Positions 1 to 11,296 of a stretch of DNA of 64,000 nucleotides are shown one piece after another. Made by a program: the position numbers and the translations under genes. The notes below the pieces were generated by a model. It made no database searches and had not been told where the DNA came from. It saw only the letters and a list, made by a program, of their open reading frames with translations. The DNA lies in the NCBI GenBank assembly GCA_965240325.2, contig OZ251230.1, positions 2,294,001 through 2,358,000 of the forward strand, read 5' to 3'. Source of the DNA: Rebecca billardiae RCC1528 (taxonomy: Eukaryota; Protista; Haptophyta). The number at the start of each line of letters is the position of its first letter. Position 1 is the stretch's first letter.

Positions 1-3000
1 GAAGCCGCGGCCGTACGTCTGCGCGCGGGCGGCGGCGGCGGCGCGCGGCGCGCGGCGCGCGGCGGGCGCGGGCGCGTGCGCGTGAGCGCGGCGGCGCGGG
101 CGCAAGCTCCTGGCGCGGACGGCGCGCGGCGGTGGCGCGCGGCGCACAGAGCGCTGGCGCGCGCGAAGCGGCTCGAGCCGGGGTGCGCACGCGCACGCGC
201 GCACGCGCGCACGCGCACACGAGCACACGGCGCTTCGCGCGCACGCCCGACCGCGCACACACCTGAATCTTGAGCGTGGCGCGGCGGCGCGCGGCCGCGC
301 GCTCGGCCGCGAGCCGGCGACGCCTGTGTGCTTGGACGGTGGCGGCGGCGCGCTGGCGCTCCGGCCCGTAGTAGCGGCGGACGGCGCGGCCGCGCGCGCC
401 GGCCTGGATGCGCGCGGCGGCGCCGTTCAGCCACGCCCGCCGGTCCTCGAGCGAGAACTGCCGCTCCGCCCGCCCGCGCGCCACCGCCTGGATGCGCGTC
501 GCGGCGGCGTGTTTTGCGGGCGTGTGTAGGAATCTCGAGCGACGGCCGCGCGCGGCGGCCTGGATCGTGACGGCGGCGTGGCGCGCGTCGGCGTAGCGCA
601 CGCGCGCGGCGCGGGCGCGCGCGGCGGTCTGGATCCGCGTCGCGCCGAGCCGCCGCCGCTCGGCGCGCAGCCGCCGCCGCTCGCGCCGCGGCTCGACCGC
701 GCGCGCCGCCGCCGAGATAGTAGTCGCGGCTGACATCTCGAGATTGAATCTGGCGCGCGCGGCGTCGGCGCGCCGCCGGCCGCGCGCGCCGCGCCACGCG
801 GCCTGGAGCTGGATGGCGGCGGCCTCGCGCGCGGAGAGCGCGAGCGCGCGCTGCGCCCGCGCCGCGCGCCCGCGCGCCGCCGCCTGCACCTTCGCCGCCG
901 CCACGTGCCTCCGCTCCGCGTCCGACCGCCGCCGCGCAATCTCGGCGCGCCGCGCGCGCATCGCGCGCGACATCGGAACGCCTCGCGCCAGCATGGCTGC
1001 CGCCTCGGACTCGAGAGAGGCGTGGGCGACGCGCGCGGCGCGGAGCTCGGCCATCGCGCGCCGCGCCGCGAGCGCGCGCGCCGTCGCCTCGATCCGCGTC
1101 GCCGCCGCCAGCTCGGCGTTCGCCCGGCGCACCGCGCGCGCGCGCGCGCGCGCGAGCTGGCCGCGCCCGGCCGCGCCGAGCGCGCGCGCCGCGCACCGCC
1201 TCCGACCAGCCTCCCGCCGAGCGTCGCGCCGGCGCGCGGCGGCCTGGACGTGGGTGGCGCCGTCGCGCCGGCGGCGCGCCTCGCGCGCGTGCTTGCGCCC
1301 GAGCGCGCCGCGCGCCACGCGGCGCAGCCGATCGCCGCCCACCCGCCGCGCGTTTGCTGTGCGCGCCGCCGCGCGCCGCCGAGCGCGCGCTTGGATGCGC
1401 GTGGCCGCGGCCGCGCGCCGCGCGTCGACGCGCGCGCGCCACTGCGCGCGGCGGCGGCGTGCGCAGAGCTCGCCGTGCGCGAGCCACGCGGCGACGCGCG
1501 GGCCCGCCGCGTGCACGGGCAGCGCGACCACGCCCACCGGCGGCGGCCCCTCCTCGCCCGCGGGCGCGTCGGCCGCCGCCGCCTCGGCGGCCGGGGCGCC
1601 GGCCGCGGCCGCGCCGGCCGCGGCGCCTGCGGCCGCGGCGCCGGCGGCGGCGGGCTTGGCGCTCGGCGCGAGCGCCGGCGCGGCCTCGTCCTCGGCGGGC
1701 GGCATCTCGAAGGGCGAGTCGTCGCGCGCGCCCACGCCCGGCGCCCCGCCCTTCGCGCCCGCCGCCGCCGCCGCCGCCGCCGCGTGCGACACAGCCAGCG
1801 CGCGCGCGGCAGCGGCCTGCGTCGCGGCCGCGGCCGCGAGCGCAGCGGCGCGGGACTCGGCCGCGGCGGCGCGCGCGCGCTCGTGCGCGCGGAGCGTGGC
1901 CTCGGCGTCGGAGAGCGCGCCGGCGGCGGCGCCCGCGCCGTCGCCGCCCGCGCCCGAGCTCGCCACCTCCTCCGCCGACGCCGGCGCGTCCGCAGCCGCC
2001 TCGGCGGCGAGCGCGTCCGCCGCGGCGCGCTCGGCTGCGTCGCGCGCCGCGCGCGCTGCCTCGCCTAGCGCGCGCGCGCGAGCCGCGGCGAGCTCGGCGG
2101 CGCGCGCGGGCCACACGCGGCGCGCGGCGCGGCCGCGCGCGGCGGCCTGGATCGCCGTCGCCGCCGCCGCGCGCGCCACGCCCGCCGCCACCTCGGCGTG
2201 CGCATCCGCCGCCGCGGCGCGCGCGGCGGCGCGCACGGCGCGGCCGCGCGCCGCGGCCGCGATGGCGACTTGCGCGGCGCGCGCGGCCGGCAGCCGATAG
2301 CGCTGGGCGCGGCGGCGCGCGGTGGCCTGGACGGTGCGCGCGCCGCGCTCGCGGCGCGCGCGCACGCGCCCGCGCCGCCCGCGCGCCGTCGCCTCGATCC
2401 GCGTCGCCGCGCGCCGCGCGCGGCGCAGCAGCAGCCGCGCCGCGCGGCCGCGCGCCGCCGCGCCGATGACCGTGGCGGCGCGCGCGCGCAGCGCGGCCCA
2501 GCGCGCGGCCGCGGCCGCGGCCGCGGCCTCGCACGCGGCGAGGGCGATGCGCGCGGCGGCGGCGCGCGCGGCGGCCGCCTCGGCGAGCTGCGCCTCGAGC
2601 AGCTTGCGCAGCTCACGCGCCGCGCGCGCGCGCGCCGCGCTCTGCACCTGCGTCGCCGCCGCCGCCATCCGCGCGGCGCGCGCCGCGCGCCTCGCGCCGA
2701 GCTCGGCGCGCGCGACGCGCGCGCGCTGCGCGCACTGCAGCCGCGTCGCGGCGGCGGCGTCGCGCGCGGCGGCGCGCGCGCGGCGCTGCCGCCGCGCGGC
2801 CATCGCGCGCGCCTGCGCCTCGATCCGCGTCGCCGCCGCCGCGTCGCGCGCCGCGCGCGCCGCAGCCGCGCGCAGCCGCGCCGCGCGCGCGCGCGCGCCC
2901 GACTGCAGCGTCGTTGCGGCGGCCTGGCGGCGGAGCGCGGCCGCGCGCAGCCGCGCGGCGCGCGCGCGCGCGCCGGCCTGGAGGACGGTTGCGGCGTGGT

Positions 3001-6000
3001 CCTCGCGCATCGCGTGCAGCCGGAGCACCGCCGCGCGCCGCCGCGCGCCCGCCGCGATCGTCGTCGCCGACGCCGCCTCGAGCGCGCGGCGGCGCGCGAG
3101 CGCGCGCGCCGCGCGCTCGGCGCGCGCCGCGCGCGCGCGCGCCGCAGCCGCAATCGCAGTCGCGGCGCGCGCACGGCGCGCGGCATCGAGCTCGGCGCGT
3201 CTCGCGCGCGCGAGGCGCGCGCGCGCGTACGCCTGCACCACCGTCGCCGCGCCGTCCTCCGCCTTCGCCCGCGCCAGCGCGGCCTTCCGCCGCACCTCCT
3301 GGTTTCGCCGCATCTGCGCGATAATTCCGCCAAGCCAATAGCTGCGCGCTCGCGCGGAGATGGCGGCGTCGCGCTCCGCCTTGAGTGCGCGGAGCTGCGC
3401 GCGCGCGACGCGGCCGCGCTCGGCGGTGGCGATGGTGAGCGCGGCGTGCCGCGCCGCCGCGTACGACGCGCGCGCCGAGCGCCGCCGCGCCGCCGCCTGC
3501 AGCCGAGTCGCCGCGCGCTCGCGCACCGCCCAGCGCACCGCCGCGCGCCGCCGCTCCGCGGCCTGCAGCCGCGTGGCCGCGGCCGCGCGCACGCGCCGCT
3601 GCCGAACCACGCGGCCGCGCGCGTGGCGCTGGATGGTGACGGCGGCGGCGCGCCGCCGCGCCTTGTCCGCGAGCACCTCCTCGCGCGTGCGCGGCGGTGT
3701 CGCCAACGCCTGCAGCCCGATCATCGCCACGAGCTCCGCAACCACCGCCTCCGCCTGAGACACGGCGGCGCGCGCGGCCGCGACGCGCGCCGCGGACGCG
3801 CCGTCCGCGGGCCGTGGCGGCGCGCCGTCCGCGCCGTCGGCGGCGGCGGCGTCAGCGCCGAGGAGCTCGGCGAGCTCGGCGCGCGCGCTCGCCGCGGACG
3901 CCTCCGCCTCGTCGCGCATCTCCAGCAGCGCGCGCAGCTGCCAGTCCGCCTCCGCCATCCGCGGCGAAGCGTCGGAGCTTGGTGTGTGCGGCGGCGGCCG
4001 CGGCGCGGGCGCGGGCGCGGGCGCCGCGGCGCGCGGCGGCGGCGTGGAGGGCGGCGGCGCGGCGGCGGCGGGCGCGGGCGCGGCGGCGGCGGGCGAGGGC
4101 TCCTCGACCGGCTCGGCGGACGCGGGTGCGACGGTGACGCCGCCGGCCGCCGCCGCCACGGCGGCGGCCGCCGCCGCTGCGGCGGCCGCCGCCGCCGCGG
4201 CCGCCGCCGCCTCGGCCGCGGCGGCAGCTGTCGCCGCCGCCGCCGCCTCGGCCGCCGCCGCCTGAGCCACGCGCCTGTCGCGTCGTCCGCGCGCGGCGGC
4301 GGCGATGGCAGTGGCGGCGTCCGCTTCGGAGGCGGCCGCCGCGTCCGCCGCCGCCTGCGCGGCCGCGGCCGCGTCCGCCGCCGCCGCCGCCGCCTCGGCT
4401 CCCGACGGCGCGGCCGCCGGCGGCGCCGAGTGCTCCGTCTGAGGCGCGGCGGCCGGCGGTGCGGCGACCAGCGGCTCAGCCGCAGCCGCCTCGGGCGCCG
4501 CGGCTGCGCCCGCCTCCGACTCCGCGGCGGAGGGCGGCGCGGCGGCGGCGGGCGGCGCGGCGGCCGCGGGCGGCGCGGCGGCGGGCGGCGCGCGCGCGGG
4601 CGCGGCGGCCGCGGGCGGCGCGGCGACGCGCGCGCGCGGCGGCGATACGCTCGCCGGGGCAACGGCGGGCGCGGCGGCGTCGTCGGCGTCCTCGTCGTCC
4701 CACAGCTCGAGCGCCGCCTGCGCCTGCGCCGCCATCGCGGCCACCTCCGCCGACTCGCGCGCCGCGAGCGCCGCCACCGCCTCCGCCACCCGCCATTGCT
4801 CAAGCTGCTCGCGCGCGCCCGGCGTGGCGCGCACGCGCGGCGACGACAAAGTGTTGACCAGCATGGCTGCCAAATAGATGTCGGTGGCCTCGGGCAGGGC
4901 GAGCGGCGGCGGCGGGTCGCCGTCGAGGCGCGGCGCGGCCGAGCGGCCGAGCGGGAGCAGCACGCCCGAGCTGAAGATCTCGTGCCCGCCGCCCAGACCC
5001 GCCGCGTTGGCGAGCGCGCACATGGTCAGCACGAGCGCGTCCGCCGCGTCCGCGTCTGCGGGAGTCGCTCCGTCGTCGTCGCCACCCGCGGTGCTGCCCA
5101 CGCCGGCGCTGCGGCGGCTGGCGCGGCGAGGCGCGGCGGCGGGCGTGGCGGGCGCGCCCGCCGGCGCGCCGCCGCCGCCCGCGCCCGCCTCCATCCTGCT
5201 CTGCAGCGCGTCGAGCTCCGAGTACTCGTCGGCGTTCGAAATTGCTTCGACGCGCTCGAGCATTCGCGCGAGCGACGGCACGAGCCGTGCCTCCTCGATG
5301 GCGGCGGCGACGTGCGGCTCCTCGTCGGGGTCGACGTCGACGAGCAGCGCCGCGAGCTCCGACAGCGTGTCCGCCGCGTCGCCGAACGCCGGCTCGAGCC
5401 CGCCGTTCGTCTCCGGCAGAAGCCGCCTCGCAAGAACCCGAACGGAAGCGGCGGTTGAGCCGGAGCGCGCGAGCATGCCGCGCGCGCGCGCCTGGATGCG
5501 CGTCGCGGCGGCGTCGCGCGCCCTGTGCCGCGCGGCGGCGGGCGCGCCCGCGCCCGCGCCGAGCTCGCCGCGCGCGCGCGCGGCGCGCGCCGCGTGCCCC
5601 CGCCACGCCGCCTGCAGCCGCACGACGCCCCCGAGTGCGGCCCACGACGGCGCAATCTCGAGGTTCGAGATCGCGCCGTCGACGATCGCGAGGAGCTGCT
5701 GGTCGGCGTCGGCCTCGGCGACGTCGCGCAGCGCGTACAGCGTGCCCAGCACGCCGCCGCCCTCCGTCCGCCCGCCCGCCAGCGCCTGGCCGAACGCCAG
5801 GTACTGCGCGATCCCCATCGAGTGAGAGTAAGCGTCGAAGGATAATAGGTTCTGCAGACCGGCGGCCGCGTAGTAGCGTGTCGCGGCGTGCTCGGAGGCG
5901 AGGTGCGTGGCGAAGACCTCGAGCGCGCCCGTGCCGTCGAGCACGCCCTGCCCCACCTCTGCCAGGTTCGCCAGCATCGAGAGCACCATCAGGTGCGTCT

Positions 6001-6539
6001 GCGTCGGCGGCGACTCGGCGGTAAACGGCGGCACCCGATCGAACGATTCGACGAGCAGGTGTCCAATGCGCTGCGCCGAAATGGCCTGCCAAAGCTCGAC
6101 GGAGGAGGGGAGGTCGGGGAGCGAGCTCGCGGCGTACACGCGCGAGGCGAGCTGCGCCACCGGCGCCATCGGCTCGTCCACGCTCACCTTGAGCGCCTCG
6201 CTCGGCGGCCGCGCGCCGTCGGGCGTCTGCGCGCGCACCGCGCTCACCGCCGACTGCGGCCGCGACGAGATCGCGATCTCGGCGCGGAGCGAATGCTTCA
6301 CTAGCGCCATCAGCGGCGCGGGCGGGAGGTCGTCGAGCTCGGAGACGCGCGCCGGGCGCGTCGGCGCGCCGCGCAGCGAGCTCGGCTGCGAGCCCAGCCC
6401 CGTCGCCACCGCGTGCTCCACCGGCATCGCCCACGTGCGCCTTGTAAGCCTGCCGCGCGCAAAGCGCTGGATCTCGCACGCGGCGCGCCACTGCAGCGCG
6501 GCCGACGGCGGCGGGAGCGGCGGCGGCGAGGAGGCCGCC

Positions 6540-6570
<31 letters not shown>

Positions 6571-7225
6571 GCGCGGAAGCCTCGCCCTCCGAGCCGCCCA
6601 CCGCCGCCTCCGCCGCCGCCGTGTGCATCTTGCGCACGCGCGACATCGAGAAAGTGGTCAGCATCGTATGCACGTTGGTAAGGGCGTTGAGCGCGCACTC
6701 GGCAATCTCGGGCGTGGCGGAGAGGGAGAGCCCCTTGAGCGCGGGCTCGTAGCCCTGCAGGATGATCTGCTCGGTGCACGCGTCGTCCGCCACCATGTTC
6801 TGCACGCCGACCATCACGTAGTACAGCAGCGTCGGGTCCTCCTCGTCGAGGAAGCGAAGCATCAGCTCAAAGCCGGACGCCTCTCGCACCGACACGTGCC
6901 CGCCGAGGTCGGCGATGTTGGCGAGGACGGAGAAGACGATGTACAGGTTCATCTGGGTCTGAGGGTCCCGCTCCTCCGAACGCGTGCCCTCCTGCGCCGT
7001 GCCCAGCCCCACGATCGCGTCGATCGTGCCGTCGGCCGCGAGCGCATCGAGCAGCTCTGTGTGGTCCCCATCTGGCAGGCTCGCGAGGACCTCGGCGAGG
7101 GCGGTGAGCGGCTCGATGGCGTCCTCGCCCGATGCGCCGGCCACGAGGGCCGCGGACGCGTCAGCGAGCACCGCCCGAGGGTCGCCGCCGCCGTCCTCCT
7201 CGCCGTCCTCGGCCGCGTCGCCCAT
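1..7225 (-). CDS. Giant ARM-like repeat + IQ calmodulin-binding-repeat protein (3' end lies outside the window)
   Basis: ATG at 7225 (MGDAAEDGEEDGGGDPRAV...). The frame is consistent with one 6963-nt exon to 263, then GT-AG intron 19-262 and exon 1-18; the splice rebuilds an IQ motif (KIQ|TYGRGF). More than 20 IQ-like motifs (RIQAVARG, TIQAAARG, EIQRFARG). Absent from the ORF track, presumably because no stop is reached before base 1. Confidence 0.85.
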
Positions 7226-7361
7226 GGCGACGACGTCCGCGAGGGCGGGAGTCGTCTCCTTGTCGTCAGCCGCCCGCTATCAGGCCCGCTTGTAACAGCT
7301 TCTCGAGGTTTGACGATGCGCATCTGGCAAGCGCTCCCGGAACGGGCGCGAAAAAACAGTA

Positions 7362-7979
7362 TTGATGGTGCAAAGAAACCTAGAGCCCCGGCGGTGTGAC
7401 GCGAATATTAGCTCCCAGCGGCATGGTGGCCGTGCGGCCAATAAGTCATTCTGGGTCTCCTCGACCACGCTCAGAAGCCCAGACAACCCGCTTGGCCTGG
7501 TTCACACGCCAAGAGCTAATATTGCAGTCTGAAGTTGGGTGGGTCACTCTCGACGACGGCACGCGGACGGTCGTGATGCACGCGGGACAGCACATCAGGG
7601 GCATTCGGTGCACTAGCGAGGGTGGCATACGATGTCATCCCGACGTATGCATCCGTAGTATACTTGCCCGGCCCCAGGCGCCCTGTCATCCGGCACAATG
7701 TCACGTGCGTGGGCTTCACGCGGTCGTGATCGCGGGGTTCAACATGCTGTCCGAACGAGCGCACGCACGCGCGCCGGCGCGAGGCGAGCGAGAGGAATGC
7801 ACCCCTCGCGTGCTCGCGCGGGCTAACGCACTTCACGAGCATCCCACAGGCGCCAAGAACTTCCTCCGATGGCGATGCGCAAGCCGCTAGCCCCCACAAG
7901 CGCGGGGCGAACCACGCCGCAGGGCGATGTCGCCGCTTCCCGCGCTGGGCCGGGGCTCTAGGTTTTCTTGCAACGTCAA
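7362..7979. mobile_element. MITE-like non-autonomous element, ~31-bp TIRs, TA flanks
   Basis: TTGATGGTGCAAAGAAACCTAGAGCCCCGGC (7362-7392) is an imperfect inverted repeat of GCCGGGGCTCTAGGTTTTCTTGCAACGTCAA (7949-7979). TA at 7360-7361 and 7980-7981. Confidence 0.65.
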
Positions 7980-8008
7980 TAGGGCAAGGGCTATCTACAG
8001 TTACAACT

Positions 8009-8060
8009 GTCAATCTCGCCTGCCTGAGCTGTGTGCGTCTCTTATTCTTAGTAAACTGTA
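8009..8060. repeat. Isolated copy of a dispersed TIR-like end sequence (same family as 15052-16020)
   Basis: GTCAATCTCGCCTGCCTGAGCTG...TGCGTCTCTTATTCTTAGTAAACTGTA nearly equals the reverse complement of 15052-15099 and resembles 15990-16020. Confidence 0.7.
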
Positions 8061-8223
8061 AGTACCGTACTACTGCGAGTTACGCTACAAAGGAGCTACG
8101 GTAACGGACTAGTACTACTTTACTGATCGCCGATGATACTTGTTAGCTTTCTACTCACGGGCCATTGTCGCGCCAGCCAGCCGCCGGCCTGCAGTCGCGC
8201 AGAGTGCGTCGTGGCAGAGTGTA

Positions 8224-10350
8224 TCAGACCGGCGACGACGCCTGCACCGTCACCGTCGGCGCAGCCTCGCCATCGGCCTCCTCCGCCGTGCTGATCGGCG
8301 CCACCGTCGCGCTCGCGGCAGCAGCGAGCCTGAACCTTGCGGCGCAGGTTGTGGCGCCACCGCCACTGCCGCGCGGCGCCGTGGAGGCGTCCGCGCTCGC
8401 CTCGGCGAACATGTCGTCGAGGTTGGAGATGCGCGGGTCGCGGGCGCCGCGAGCGCTCCCGCCGCCGCTCCCCGCCGAGCCGCCCGTGGCGCGCGCGTCC
8501 TCCGGTGCGGCCAGCATGGCTGCCGTGAGCGCAAGCCGCTGCGGCGCCGCCGCGGCGCCGCCCGCGCCACCCGGCCGCTCGGCGGCCGACGCGGCGGCGC
8601 TGGCTTCGGCGAACATGTCGTCGAGGTTGGAGATGCGCGGGTCGCGAGCGCCGCGAGCGCTCCCGCTGCCACTCCCGCCGCCCCTCCCTTCCTCGTCGGG
8701 CGCCGCCAACAGCCCGGCAGCGCACACAGGCGCGGGCGGCAGCGCACCGCCGCCGTCCGCGTCCGCCGCAGCCGATCTCGCCGCCGGCGAGATCGCTCCG
8801 TGCTGAGGCTTGGCTGAGCACGAGGACGAGGTGGAGGACGCCGTCGGCACGAGCCGAGGCGGCGCGCTCATGCCCTCCTTGAGCGGGCCGCGCGCCTCGC
8901 CCAGCGCCGCGCGAAGCCGAGCCGAAAGCTCGTCCGCGCCGCCGTCGAGCGCCGCAATGCCAAGCGCGGCTCCGAGGCTTGTGCCGCGCGCCGACCGCTC
9001 AGCCGAGGCGGTTGCGGCGCGCGCGCTGAGGCGCTCGAGGGCCTCCGCGCCGCCGGGCAGCTCGAGCACGTCGATGTCGGCGGGCCCGACGCCCATCTCA
9101 AGAGCCACGAGCAGCTCGACCACGCAGTGCACCTGCTCCGCCCACGACGGCCCCAGCAGCACCAGAAGCCGCCCGCTGCCCGCCACTTGCGTCGGCAGCT
9201 GCGCCGCAGCGGGCGGACGCGTCCTAGCCAAGCCGGGGCGCACGCGCGCCGCGGCGGGCGGGCGCGTGTCGGGCTCGGCGGAGCGCGCCGAGCCGAGGCA
9301 CACGACGGGCTCGCGGCCGTGCCGAGCGTGGAACGCGCCGCGCCACGCCTGCAGCGCCGCCCACCGCGCGCCCGCGTCGTCGCCATCGCTGTGGCTTACA
9401 AAACCGTCGGCGCCGCCGAACCCAACCTCGTGCGAGTCTGGCGGCGGGGAGTGGCTGCTGCGAGCCTCGCCCGCCTCGTCCTCGGCGGGGCGGGGATGGT
9501 CGAGGTGGTGCTGCTCGAGGTGGGCGAGGCTCACGCCGCGCAGCGTGCGCGTGCCCAGCTCGTGCGCCTCCTGCGCCGAGAGCTCGCCCAGCAGCGCTGC
9601 GAGCGCAGCGCTCCCAAGCGCCGCGCCACTGCGCCTCGCGAGCGCACCCTGGACGCGAGCGGGGCTGAGCGCGAGGACGATGGCGGCGTGCAGCACGAAC
9701 TCGAGCACCGCGCGGAGGGCGAGGAAGAGGCCCAGCGAGAGAGTCCCCGACGGCCCGCCGCCCGCCGCGGCGAGCAGCACGATGGCGAATGGCAGCTCGG
9801 TGATTGGTGCGAAGAGGAGCCCAAACGCTCTGAGCAGCCGCTCGAGGAGCCGACGCGCGGCCGCCGGGCGCAGCCGGCGCGAGGCGAGGAGGAGGCAGCA
9901 GGCGCTGCACGCGAGCTCCACCGCGGCGGTGGTTGCAAAGTGCGCGCCCACCGTGGCCAGCACGACGCACTCGCTCCGAGCAGCGGCCGCGTCGCATGTC
10001 ACGGCGTGCAGGCTGAGGCCACGGTGGGCAAAGTACGCGTGGACGGCCGCGGGGAGCAGGAGGGAGACGCCCGTGACGAGGGCGATCAGGTACGGTAGGC
10101 GGCGGTCCTGCGACAGCACCGCGCACGCGCCGAGCCACGCGGCACCGACGCCAAACACGTTGGCCAAAAGGCCGAGCGCCAACGAGGCCGACGCGTGGTT
10201 GATCCACATGGAGGCGAGGAAGAGGGGCACGGCGAGGGCGAGGGCGGCAAGGCTGGCGAGCAGTAGGGGACGTTGCACGTCAGCCCGCAGTCGGAGCCCC
10301 TCCGCGCACGCCGCGGAGAGTCGCTGCCGGGCATCCTCCTCGGAGACCAT
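8224..10350 (-). CDS. Multi-pass membrane protein with a C-terminal TIR/HET-like domain
   Basis: Likely start MVSEEDARQRL at 10350; the upstream part of the 939-aa track ORF is antisense to the CIA30 gene. About 6 hydrophobic segments, then FVSHS...RWAALQAW..F...HGREP...LP..VAGSGRLLVLLGPSW...HCVVEL. SARGARDPRISNLDDMFAEASA is duplicated near the C-terminus. Confidence 0.7.
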   Translation of the reverse strand: MVSEEDARQRLSAACAEGLRLRADVQRPLLLASLAALALAVPLFLASMWINHASASLALGLLANVFGVGAAWLGACAVLSQDRRLPYLIALVTGVSLLLPAAVHAYFAHRGLSLHAVTCDAAAARSECVVLATVGAHFATTAAVELACSACCLLLASRRLRPAAARRLLERLLRAFGLLFAPITELPFAIVLLAAAGGGPSGTLSLGLFLALRAVLEFVLHAAIVLALSPARVQGALARRSGAALGSAALAALLGELSAQEAHELGTRTLRGVSLAHLEQHHLDHPRPAEDEAGEARSSHSPPPDSHEVGFGGADGFVSHSDGDDAGARWAALQAWRGAFHARHGREPVVCLGSARSAEPDTRPPAAARVRPGLARTRPPAAAQLPTQVAGSGRLLVLLGPSWAEQVHCVVELLVALEMGVGPADIDVLELPGGAEALERLSARAATASAERSARGTSLGAALGIAALDGGADELSARLRAALGEARGPLKEGMSAPPRLVPTASSTSSSCSAKPQHGAISPAARSAAADADGGGALPPAPVCAAGLLAAPDEEGRGGGSGSGSARGARDPRISNLDDMFAEASAAASAAERPGGAGGAAAAPQRLALTAAMLAAPEDARATGGSAGSGGGSARGARDPRISNLDDMFAEASADASTAPRGSGGGATTCAARFRLAAAASATVAPISTAEEADGEAAPTVTVQASSPV

Positions 10351-10693
10351 CGGCGCGAGGCGGGCAGCCACAAGGAGGGAGGGAGCCTGCCTGGACCCCG
10401 GGCAACTGATGAAGATCCCTGTTGTGTGACCGCTTGTAAGGATCCCTATGTTCATGATGAATATGAACGTTACGGCGTTGAGTATTGTCGACGGCATTTT
10501 CATGGTCGTGATTGCAGCGCAGGGGCACGCGGCCACCTCATTGGCTGGTCTGACGAGGTAGATAATGGCGGAACCAAACCGCAAGGAATGAAACAAGGGG
10601 AATCTTCGTATTTCTTCGACCACCATCCAGCGTCGCATCCCGGGACCGGCGTCATTCACGATGAGTGTGTTGAGTGTGTTCACGTGGAGGAGG

Positions 10694-11296
10694 ATGGTTA
10701 GCGCTGCATGCTTGCTGCCCGCGCTGGCCACCGCGCTGCCGGTGGCACGCTCCGTGCCGGAGCACGGAGATCTGCCGCTCGTCACATTCGACGGCACACC
10801 TGCGAGCACGCACGCGTTCGAGACGGTGAATGACCCCGTGATGGGTGGCGCGTCAACATCCGAGTTCTCGGTCGACACGGCGCAGCACACGGGCGTGTGG
10901 GACGGCGAGGTGCGCGTCGTCCCGTTCCTCGGCAAGCCCGGCTTCTGCGTGCTGAGGACGCGCGCCGAGCAGGAGTTCCCAGACGTGAGCGGCACCTCCG
11001 CCATCGAGGTGAAGCTCTCCGGCCCCGCGAGCGGGCTGCACAACTTTGAGGTGCAAGTCCACGTGCACGGCGTGACGACGAGGCAGACTGTCTACACCGC
11101 CGCCGCGCCGCTGCAGGCTGGGCAGACCGTGATGCGCGTCCCGTGGAGCGCATTCACGCTATCCTGGCGTGGCCAACCCGTGAAGGGGCCACCGCTCACC
11201 GACCACCTTGCACAGTTCAGCGGCGTCGGGCTGTCCACCTCGGGCAAAGCTGGCAAGTTTGTCGTGTCGCTCATGTCGCTCGCAGCGGTACGCTAG
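10694..11296 (+). CDS. CIA30/NDUFAF1-domain protein with a predicted signal peptide
   Basis: CIA30 signature VNDPVMGGAS, followed by GVWDGEV...GF and RVPWSAF...WRG; hydrophobic N-terminus MVSAACLLPALATA. Confidence 0.8.
   Translation: MVSAACLLPALATALPVARSVPEHGDLPLVTFDGTPASTHAFETVNDPVMGGASTSEFSVDTAQHTGVWDGEVRVVPFLGKPGFCVLRTRAEQEFPDVSGTSAIEVKLSGPASGLHNFEVQVHVHGVTTRQTVYTAAAPLQAGQTVMRVPWSAFTLSWRGQPVKGPPLTDHLAQFSGVGLSTSGKAGKFVVSLMSLAAVR

Noticed and set aside
744-7399. Long plus-strand and off-frame ORFs (518, 1086, 659 aa etc.)
   Set aside because: Arg/Ala/Pro-rich shadow frames of the minus-strand IQ gene; stops are rare at this GC content.
10351-11043. N-terminal ~230 aa of the 939-aa track ORF
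   Set aside because: Antisense to the CIA30 gene and its upstream region; the protein-like membrane sequence starts at MVSEED (10350).
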